A stretch of 63,571 bases of DNA, the filler included, from Collodictyon triciliatum (taxonomy: Eukaryota), in assembly GCA_043381765.1 (NCBI GenBank). It is 5 parts of 5 records of this genome, joined end to end, with 100 filler letters (N's around TTAATTAATTAA, not from the genome) between each part and the next. Parts side by side here need not be neighbours in the genome. Positions count along the whole stretch, not along the records: positions 32,339 to 55,147 come from JBHJMP010000178.1; positions 55,248 to 63,571 come from JBHJMP010000179.1; 3 more parts are not named here. One strand, written 5' to 3'. The notes under the pieces were generated by a model. The model was given only the letters and a program-made list of their open reading frames with translations, did not search any database and was not told the DNA's origin. How positions within the stretch are numbered: the stretch's first letter is position 1; every line of letters starts with the position of its first letter. The position numbers and the translations under genes were made by a program. Shown here in pieces: positions 53,628-63,571 of the stretch.

Positions 53628-54812
53628 CGCCGATCCAACCGGATCCCTGTCGTGCCCCTAGGAACACGGCAGAAGGGCCCGGCAGCCAAAGAGCGGGCTC
53701 CCTCCCCTCCCTGCCGGGCCAGCCCAGCCAGCCCTCTCTCCCTCTCCTCTTCCCGCCTCCTCTCTGCATCTCCTCCCCTTCATCCAAAAAACTAACACAT
53801 AGCCTCGTGACAACGTCCCGCCATAACCCCGGCGTGACTATCTCCTCCCAGCTGCCTCCCCGGCCACGCAGTCTGCCCGTCTCTTGCCCGCCTCGCTCCC
53901 CCACCAAAGCGCACAATGCAGAGACGGCGACTGTGGCTCTCCCGATGCCCCGCCCTCCTCAGTCTCTCTCTCTCTCCCTGTACCCATCCGGCCTCTATCG
54001 CCCCCTTTGATTATCGTTCTGGACCATCCTCCGCGGAGGGCGATACGCGAATAAAACACATATCACTCACCCCTCTCCTGAGAACGACGCGAACCAGTGC
54101 GAGTTGGGCAGAGGTCATCTCATCCTGGCCAACCGCCCCTCTGGGAACCCCGCAAGAGCAAAAGGAAGATACAGAAGGTCCGAGGAGCAGGGGAGACGGA
54201 TGCAAGCTCCTCCCTTTCTCTTTCCTTTTTTTTTTTGTATTTTTTCACTTCCAGAAGCGGATAGTATGCTGAAAGGGTGCGCCGTTGGTTCCGCTGTTTT
54301 CTTTGTGCTCGCGGTTTGGGGCTCTTCCGTTTGATAATTGACAAGTTTGAAGCCAATTTTTGTTTTGTTTGGTATAGTACTGTTTTGTTTTGTTTTGTTT
54401 TGTTTTGTTTTGTTTTGTGAGCTGGCAATTGTGTGTGCGTGTATTCAATGAAGAGAAGTCTACAAAACCTCAACAAGTACAATGATGGCGGCAGCAAATC
54501 CGTTCACGTGTTTCTTTTCTTTGTGTCTCACTTTCTTTTGGGGTCCTGCGTACAAAAGCAGCGTGCGCGTTGATGAACTGTCTCCTCCCGTGCTCTTTTT
54601 TTTTTTTTTAGTTCGTTTTTTTCTTCTTTCTTTCGATCTTGTCGCTTCAGCGATGCTTCAGAGACTGAATGTTGCAAGAAGTTGCACACCTGCTCATGAC
54701 CAAAATAACAAACTTGCACAAATCGAAAGGAATAATTATAATAAGAATACACCGCATTTACATTCAAGAAAGCCATGGCCATCCCATGACTCATAACTCA
54801 ACTATGCGCATT

Positions 54813-54844
54813 TCTCTTTCCTTTCTATACATTCGATTCAAGGC
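54813..54844 (-). mobile_element. Diverged family A-like insertion
   Basis: tctctttcctttctatacattcgattcaaggc between degenerate repeats ctcaactatgcgcatt and ctcactgtccgcagtt. Confidence 0.45.
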
Positions 54845-55147
54845 CTCACTGTCCGCAGTTGATAGTTGAATAGGATGGACAGCATATCGAGCAGTTGGTC
54901 GGTTGGCGGCCTCCTGTTTTCGTGTGACTTTGAGTGCGGAAATCTTGGGAAAGTGACCACGTGTGATAACAGTCGAACATTTTGTTTGTGGATTCGTTCT
55001 GATAACGCGGGTATGATATACTTCGTAAAGCATGTCCAAAAACAAAACAAAACAAAAAAAAACAAAAAACAAAAAAAACAATGATATCTATATATACTTA
55101 ATATTAAGTATATATAGATATCAAACAAAAAAAACAAAAAACAAAAA

Positions 55148-55247
55148 NNNNNNNNNNNNNNNNNNNNNNNNNNNNNNNNNNNNNNNNNNNNTTAATTAAT
55201 TAANNNNNNNNNNNNNNNNNNNNNNNNNNNNNNNNNNNNNNNNNNNN
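55148..55247. other. Artificial contig linker
   Basis: TTAATTAATTAA at 55192-55203 within N. Confidence 0.95.
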
Positions 55248-55342
<95 letters not shown>

Positions 55343-55409
55343 TGACTCTGCATTGTCAAATCATGACATCATTCTAAATACGATGGGCATGATTTGCATT
55401 TACCAACAG

Positions 55410-57435
55410 ACACGAGCTTTGCCAGACTGCAGACAATCGAATACATCAATCCGCCCATCAAGCACGACCCTCTCGAGCCATATCTGGCTGAGCATCTTAA
55501 AATCCTCAACGGAACACTAGTGCATATATTGAATAATAACTCAAATTTTTCTTACAGATTTCTACCATGTTATTGTTCTCTTTGAAATAGTAAAACTTTA
55601 TATATAAAAATTAAGAAAATTGGCGATACTCTAATAACTAGGAACTTCCGAAACCTCCACCATTTCGCCCACCTCCCGACTCGATCCCATTTCCAACAAA
55701 TCCGCCTCACATAAAATACACACCCATTTACGTACCAGAGGACCAAACCACACGCATGTTCTCCAAAATGGTGCTACATTTTTCTATATTCAAAACGAAA
55801 TATATTGGCTAAGGCAATAAAGAACATATGGTCCATATTTCACTCATATTATTTCAACTATGCGCGTATTTGAATATCATATTGAAATGAATGGACGTAG
55901 CCCCGTCGAATTCCAAACAGAACCGTGGAGCCTCCAAAGATGCCACACGAACCACATGCATATAAGATTCTCAAGGAGCCCTGTAATAAATCATTTCATA
56001 TAATTTCATATTTATTGGCGTTCTATCAAATAGATAAAAAAAAATTCTTTTTTTTTATTGCAACCACCAATTTTAGCAAACTAAAACAATAAATAATTGT
56101 CCGATAGCAAATCCGTACCTAATGCCTGAGTTGGCTGCACCTTTTGAGTCACCCTCAAACCCGATTCCCGACAAAATCATCGATTCTGGAGCATGCTTTC
56201 CATGCCGAACAAACGAGAGTTTCCCCAAAGACAAACCCATCAACCAGCCACCTGAGATACTTGCCTCCTTTCCCTTCGATCCGTCTCCTAGCGTACCGCC
56301 ATTGGACCTGAACGGAAGCCGTGGGGTTGATTTGGCTCTGGTCTGGGATTTCTTCGATGGGCTTGAAGAAGTGTCAAGCGTATTGTCTCCCTCTGCAATA
56401 CTACCGCGGATGCCTCCACCGCCTGTCCTTCCGTTAGAAGAGCCCGAGCCTCGCTTTCTGCCATCACCGCTGGCCCCTAAGGCCATGAAGCAGCCTGTTG
56501 CGCCGTCAGGATATGTCAACGTTCCCGCGCGCGAACGCTATGACCGCTCAGGCAATCCGCACTACTATACCGTGTGCAATTTTGGGTGCCTGGAAAAGGA
56601 CAAACGGCCTCGCAAGTCTTGGATGAACCGCCTCCCTGCAACCGTCCACTGGCAACACCCCTCCGAGGAGATTTGGGAGGAATTACTGAAGTAAAAAGAA
56701 AAAATGGACTCCATTTCTTCTTCTTTCTTCTTTCTTCTTTCTTCTTTCTTCTTTCTTCTTTCTTCTTTCTTCTTTCTTCGCCTTCCAAATAATGCCAATA
56801 ACTATATTCTTTCTACAGCTGTTTGTTGAATGTGTTGTACATATTATATATATAATTGCGACTTCTAATATATATTCTCTTCCTATGCACATCTTGATGC
56901 GAATATTGCCAGCTTTATTCGAATGTGAACGTTTGCGAGGAATCTAATTATTCATTGAATGATATTGTGCAGCGAAAACAATCTCCGTTGGATGCCTCAC
57001 GAGCCACCTCTCGACAAGGATGACGTTGCCGCTAAAGCCACGGCAAGAGGAAGCAAAGGTCTGCCTGTAGCGTCGCCGAAGAAGAGCTCAAGGGCAAAGC
57101 CATCTCCGCCCCACACCGCATCAAAAATTGCGAAGCCAGTCATGCCGCAAGACCTTCCGGGTGATGTGCCGTGGCCCACTTCGCTTGGCATGGTAGCACA
57201 ACCACAGAAACCCAAATCCCAGCAATCACTGTCATCGTCAAAGCAATCTCGACAAAGCCCGATTGCGTCTCTGAATCGTGCGACATCATCAGCCTCATCA
57301 GCCCGCTCAAGCACCCCGCTATCGCACTCGCTTTCTCTCAGCGATTCACACGGCGAATCTATCTCTGGGAAGGCTGAGCTGGACAGCGTTCTGAGAAAGT
57401 ACCTCAGTGCACAGATGAAACCCGCGTCGTCCTAG
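55410..57435 (+). CDS. Pro-rich multi-exon hypothetical protein, 5' partial
   Basis: GC-richer exons (~55410-55520, 55642-55770, 55901-55982, 56108-56690, 56973-57435) separated by AT-rich GT-AG introns; no family recognised. Confidence 0.6.
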
Positions 57436-57570
57436 AGATAAGCTTTAAGGGAAAATGAGAGAGCAGGCTCCCCAGAGGTCAGCAAATAAACGAATGATTC
57501 CCCTTGCTCTCCGACACCCATAAGAAATTGACACAACTCGATTCCTTAATTATTATTATTATCATCATCA

Positions 57571-57647
<77 letters not shown>

Positions 57648-58274
57648 GGATTCATTTGAACAATTAATTGATAAAAAAAAAGAAAAGAAACCACAAATAA
57701 ATAAAGCCGAGGAAAATGCCTTCGCCTCTAGGACAAGGAATGAGCTGTGGACAAGACAGTGGGAAAACCCCGGATTTTGTGGTTGGAGGTTTTGTGTTTT
57801 GGGTGGAAAGAAGAGAAAAGAAAAGAAAAAAAGAAAAACAAGATAGGAATGAGAGAATATGTTCTCACACGCTGACTTTTCTACCCAAAGTGAATCAGCT
57901 CCAACGCGATTTCTGGTTGTATTCGAGACTGACAGGAGAGCGGATAAAGTTGTCGGGTCGATGAAAGTACGCACATGGCAGTTACTTCTCAAATCGATTC
58001 CGACGAGTCCTTTCAACCATCTATCTCAGACAAGATTTACATCCTATTTCATTCCACTGCATGAGTCTTTTGAGGGGACAACGGGTCACTTTCCTTACGT
58101 TTCTTGCTGTGCGACTCAGATAGAAAGCGACACATCGTTGTTTGTNNNNNNNNNNAGAAAAGAGAGAGAAAAGAGAGAGAAAAGAGAGAGAAAAGAGAGA
58201 GAAAAGAGAGAGAAAAGAGAGAGAAAAGAGAGAGAAAAGAGAGAGAAAAGAGAGAGAAAAGAGAAGATAAACGG

Positions 58275-59085
58275 ATGAACGAATCCTAGCAACCAATACT
58301 GAACACTATATTCATACCTATCTTGCTACCTGTGGGTCAATGGCTTCAGCTTGAATCATATAAACCCTTTCTCCAGTAGCTTCTTGCTCCCTCGCTGCTC
58401 GTGAGTTGATGTTTTGTTGCCTTTTTTGCTCCCCTTAATTATTATTATTATCATCATTCGTTTCAAAGAGCTCGCTCCGTCTTATTCATAGTTTGTTGTA
58501 GTCACAGGTTGGTGGTAGCTGGCAACCTGTTCTTCGGTGTGTCTTGGTGCATAACCTGTGTTGCAAGGGATGTGGTCAAGTGACCTTTTCGCTCTCTGCG
58601 TTGGCTTCGTCGGCCTTCTCGGTTTGCGTACGGCCAGTAGGCATTCATTGGCGCCGGTCTCCTGGTAGGCGGTCTCGTCCTTCTCGGAGTCGCTTTTTCC
58701 GATCGCTTGCGTGTTTTTGTTGTTTACCTTTTTTTTCGGGTTCAAAATCTGGTGGGTTGAGTGAAGAAGGAAAGAAAGAGCGCCAGTTTAATAATATTAT
58801 TTTTTGGGGAATGTGTCTTTTTCACTCCCAGTGTGCTTATTGTTTTTCAGCAACGGAGACTATTTCTTATTCATTATGTTTTTTTCTTTATTGCTCTTCT
58901 CAAGTCTCTCTCTCTGTGTGATCACCTTATTTATTCGCGTTGTGAGGTATAGAATATATCGATTTTTGGAAAAATCCTTGGCACAAAGAAACAAAGAAAC
59001 AAAGAAACAAAGAAACAAAGAAACAAAGAAACAAAGAAACAAAGAAACAAAGAAACAAAGAAACAAAGAAACAAAGAAACAAACA
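58275..59085. repeat. Dispersed ~0.7-kb repeat, copy 2, ending in (AAAGAAAC)n
   Basis: Collinear with 43295-43985. Confidence 0.85.
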
Positions 59086-59572
59086 ACTCAAATTTACAGT
59101 ATTTACAATTTACAATTATGATTATTATTATTCCACAGGAAACGGAAAAGAATTTTTGACAAAGTACTCGGATGCCTACAGACAAGTTTCAATTTAAATA
59201 TCGGAGTCTCTTGTCTAGTTTTTCGCTTCCTCGAATTGCGTTTTCTTCATCCCATTTAATATTTTTTCGTAAGTTGGAACAGCCTTTCGTATCTTGAACG
59301 CAACAGAGCGAGAAGAAAAAATTGAATGCACAAATGTGTTAAGAACCTACTCCCTTCCTTTTTGTCCCCTCCGAAGCTGAAATTCATGGTATGTCATTGT
59401 AACATGATATAGTAATTGCTCACCAAATATAAGAAATACATTACACAATTTTGTATTCACCAAACCCGATACTCCTTGCCGAATACTTTTTTTTTTTTAC
59501 CAATAGTTATGTAAGTAACTCCAATTCAACTTATTTTAAGATTTATTGACTGTGAGTTTTTAACCCCCGCTT

Positions 59573-62500
59573 TCATGATTGAGTGATTTGGGCGATATCA
59601 TTTGAGGTGCGGATGATTCTGGGGATACTCACTTGGGTTGGATGAGAGCCTTTAAGTGAATATATATTTGAGTATAGCGATGACTTAGGCACAGTTACCG
59701 GGACAAAAATCAAAATCAAAATCAAAATCAAAATCAAAATCAAAATCAAAATCAAAATCAAAATCAAAATCAAAATCAAAATCAAAATCAAAATCAAAAT
59801 CAAAACAAACAAACTTATGTATGAAGCAAAAAAATAAAATAAAAAATAAATCAAGATGAAAAACTGGGTTATCTTAAACCCTAAGGTTATTTCATCAATT
59901 TGCATACCTGTCTCGATTAGATGCTGTCTCCAACGCGCGAACGAACCTGGTGGAACGACTATAATTTCAACAGGCATTATGGAGCCATGCTTACGGAGAT
60001 TTCCGTACTCTTTATTCTGCTGGATAATTGCATTGTCTAGTGTATCTCGGTCCCTGTCATTTATATATGGCCTTGGTTTTTCTGTGTCAGCATATGGGTC
60101 ATTTGGGGTGTCTATTTCAAGAAAAGCAACATAATGTGTTGATTTTGCCGAGTTATCAACCAAGGAGGAATAACAAAACGAGAAGTCCTTGATTATTCGC
60201 CCGTCCTGAGCCCAATCCAATTCAAGACCATCTATCGCCTTTGTTATCTCATTCTCTGTGACTTTCTCTCCTGCCATTGCCAGATATTCAGATACTCTGT
60301 AGAGAAACTCAACCTTCAAAGCCTGAGCAAGTTAACATTAGCAAAAGAAATTGCAGACACATAAATTACAGATACCTATTTGGTGTGGAGCAGAAATAGA
60401 ATAGTGGAAAAATCAAAATCAAAATCAAAATAAAAAAAAAGCAGAAAAAGTCATACACAAATAAATTTTGATTTTTTTTAAAACAATCACCTGATTCATA
60501 TGATTTTGAACTTTTACAACCTCTCCCAGCCTACAACGATATAATCCTGAGCTATTGGTAAGAACAAGTTCGTATGCCTCATTTTTCTTAGTTTCATGTC
60601 CAGCCACTACGATAGGTGCCTCTTTGTTGATATCAGATTCTGGTATGAACTCAAAGAAATTTGTCTTGAAATCAAGCACAAAAGTCTTTTCCGAAGGCTC
60701 GTAATTTAGCTGATGTTTCAGATGCCATATGAATATGTGACAATAAATTGATAAATTAAGAAATATTCATGGTTGGATGATTATAAATTCTTTGAATTTT
60801 TTTAAATAATAGAACATCAAATAGTGTACTAACAATTCTTTCAAGTTCAAAGGAAGTAATTGTGGTTGTAAGAATTTCAACTTTTACACGGCAGGCATGT
60901 AATGGGTAAAAAATGGCCTACCGCAATCAATCCTTCAGGAACATGATAGCAAGTTGATATTATCGGCAGCCCACGAATATATTTCTTGATTAGTTTCGTT
61001 CGATAAAATGCCTGGTCTCCCGTATCATTTGTTATAACTGCTTTTAAACTTGGCCAAATGCGGAGGATTCCACGCCCACTTCCGTACCCATCGCAGCATG
61101 TAAAGGCAGTTGAGAGCTATCAACATATTTTGAACATTTCTTTTCTTTTAAAAAATGAAAGGCCTCAATCAAATAGTTTTGTAATTAAGAAAATTATATA
61201 CTATCATGCTGTTCTTCATGCCCGAGGCAAAATTGAAATTTTTTTTGTCATCTTTTGAAAAAAGTCGCTCATATGCAAATAACAGGACTACATCACAAAG
61301 TTACAGACCTTATCTAACTCGCTCGCTCTTGCTGGGTCAGGTTGAATGAGTATCTGCAAGTCTTTTCGTAATTTTTCAGAAATATTGACTGTTTCCGATA
61401 TGGTTCCATTACGTATATCTTCAACAAGGGATTTCCAATGTCGCTCGAGGTCCATGAAAGCATAGTATAACCCGCTAGCAGTATTGCTCTGAAATAGCAC
61501 CCATGTTAATTTCGCTTGCAAAATGTATACAAAAATGATTTGAAATAAATCTTTCGTAGTTATACTATCGATTATTTGATTTCAAGATGATTTCAAATTC
61601 TTTTCTATGGCTCTAACCTCTATGAATGACAACTGTTTGTCTCTCAAAGCAAAAAGAAAGTGAAGGTAATTAGCGCTGGGCTCATCTTCCACTTGACCAA
61701 TAGTCGAGGGTGATGTGTAGAAGCTCAACAAAAAATCAGAGTTGGCTATTTCATGACGTCATAGTTTTTAGATGAAATATTCTGCTACTTTGAATCAAAT
61801 AAAGGAAAAAAAATATTCTGCTACATCTCTGCCAGGGACTTCAGGACTTTAAAGGATGAATTTTTTTTTTTTGGAAAATAATGAAAGATAGATAGATAGA
61901 TAGATCAGTTAATAAATTGCAAAAGATACACGTAGATCTAATCGATGTGACATTTTAAAAATTTAACACAAAAATACCAGGTGATCTACTGTTCGGGCCA
62001 GTTTTCACACCGGCTTTAGAGGTGGTCAAGTTAGTGTTGTAAAAAAATCGAAGAGATTTCTTTAATTCGCCTTTAATTACAGGAAAGGCTTTTACAGTGT
62101 TTATATAAAGCATTATGTTTTCAGTCATAAATGCCTCCTAATTAATATATTTGTATTTAAACTAAGTCTCACAAATATTTATTTAGCGATTGAATATCAG
62201 TATTCAAGAATATTCTCAAATTAAATTAACGTATTTCCATGTTGGTTATGGCTTTTTTTTTTATTTTTACATGAAAGGCTTATCAAATAGTTAAATGGAG
62301 AATCTTGATTACCAATGCAGATGTGAAGGTAACTGGAACCATTCTCTTGGATCCATCTGATTCTCTGGTTGTTACAATCTGTGCAATTGCATCGGCAGAT
62401 AGGATGTTTTGGGAACCCTTATCGATTTTTTCTATGGCAGCCTGTTATTTAATTTGATTTGTAAACTAATTTGGAGAGTCATATAAAATAAAGTTCATGT

Positions 62501-63336
62501 ATCTTAGAACAACTATTCATATTTCGCCTATATTACACAAATCAAAAGCAATGACTTTTATGTAGGTTCTGATTGTTAATGAAAAAAAAAGTTGAACAAA
62601 AATCAAGTCGCATATGTTTCGAATTACAAAAAAAGATAAATTTTCCATGCCGTTTCTCCATTTAGATACTGTTAAGTTAATATAAAAAAGAGAGGAAAAA
62701 TATTATGCTTTCTTTCCCCTTTTACACGATAATCAGAAGGCTTCGTGAGAGGAACAAATTGGGCATAGTTTTCGTAATTCCTTATCAGGTCGAATCCATA
62801 TCTATCAAGTTCAAGAAGGTTAAGAAAGCAAGAGTGCGAAACCGAGTGGGATATAGAGTTACAATATCCTAGTTCTTAGATTTAATGCAATTTTGGATAA
62901 TTTACTCTTTCCCGTATTCTGTTTTTTCATTTGTGCGCAGAATCTTTTGAAGGAGTTCATCTTGTACTTTGTTGGCTTCTTTGGATGCTTTTAAAAAGTC
63001 ATCCTCCTGGTTATATTGGGTAACATAGCATAGTTTATTTTAACAAATAATGAGCCGTAGTTACTCTCTTTTCTTGAGTTTTTAGGGCTAAAGAACATAT
63101 CGAATGTTCGATTATTTTTTCTTACATTCATTCGCGTCAATAAGCAAATTATTTCATGGGTAAGGCTATACTCTATGCAAGAGAAAAATAAAGGAAAGAA
63201 GAAAAGCAACAGTATTTCCACCAGTGAGTTAGTTTAGAGGATTCAAACAAACATTATTGGCTGCTGTGGCGTAAGCCAGCTTCTTGGAGAGATAAAGCTG
63301 AGTCGCGCTTTTCCAGTCCAGGAGAGGTGACCAAGG
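59573..63336 (-). CDS. GH3-family (GHDC-like) acyl-adenylate-fold protein; first exon not on this contig
   Basis: KVQDELLQKILRTNEKTEYGK, FVPLT, NYLHFLFALRD, WKSLVEDIRNGTI, PDPARASEL, RIWPSLK, YHVPEGLI, NFFEFIPE, YELVLTNSSGLYRCRLGEVVKV, VEFLYR, GEKVTE, PGSFARW, QVSIPRII. Confidence 0.92.
61789..61810 (+). mobile_element. Family A mini retro-insertion (22 bp) in a GH3 intron
   Basis: Insert tttgaatcaaataaaggaaaaa between perfect copies of aaatattctgctac (61775-61788 and 61811-61824). Confidence 0.85.
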
Positions 63337-63478
63337 CTGCAAATTGAGAGTGTATTTGAGCTCATATAGGAGCCATTTAAAACAACAATAACAACAATAA
63401 CAACAATAACAACAATAACAACAGCAATAACAACAACAACATGAAATAACACACACAATCATACGAAAAGACATAAAA

Positions 63479-63571
63479 GACACATAAAAGACACATAAAA
63501 GACACATAAAAGACACATAAAAGACACATAAAAGACACATAAAAGACACATAAAAGACACATAAAAGACAC
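63479..63571. repeat. (GACACATAAAA)n 11-mer tandem repeat at the window end
   Basis: Reverse complement of the unit at 20147-20246. Confidence 0.95.

Overview
AT-rich, intron-dense eukaryotic draft sequence, most likely a flagellated protist or other unicellular eukaryote; the standard genetic code fits the genes I could decode. The window is five contigs joined by N-TTAATTAATTAA-N linkers (contigs about 1-7237, 7338-20246, 20347-32238, 32339-55147, 55248-63571). Genes rebuilt by eye from exons: a GAF-GAF-PAS signalling protein, an ankyrin-repeat protein, INCENP, a CIMIP1/C20orf85-like ciliary protein, ATG11/RB1CC1, an LRR-Roc-COR (ROCO) protein, CDC14, a PHO80/P-type cyclin, a degenerate HNH-like zinc-binding protein, PP2A B56, a GATA zinc-finger factor and a GH3/GHDC-like protein. 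The most notable signal is a population of very short poly(A)-tailed insertions flanked by 13-17 bp target-site duplications. Family A has consensus TTGAATYGAATAAAGG(A)n, about 10 copies, mostly 22-32 bp. Family B has consensus CACCATCCTGCACAAAATTGAAAGGAAGAATAAAA, 3-4 copies, about 40 bp. The window also holds a filled/empty site pair, a nested B-in-A insertion and a longer non-LTR-like ORF remnant that ends in the family A terminus. All protein family calls come from motif recognition, not database searches, and gene boundaries are approximate.
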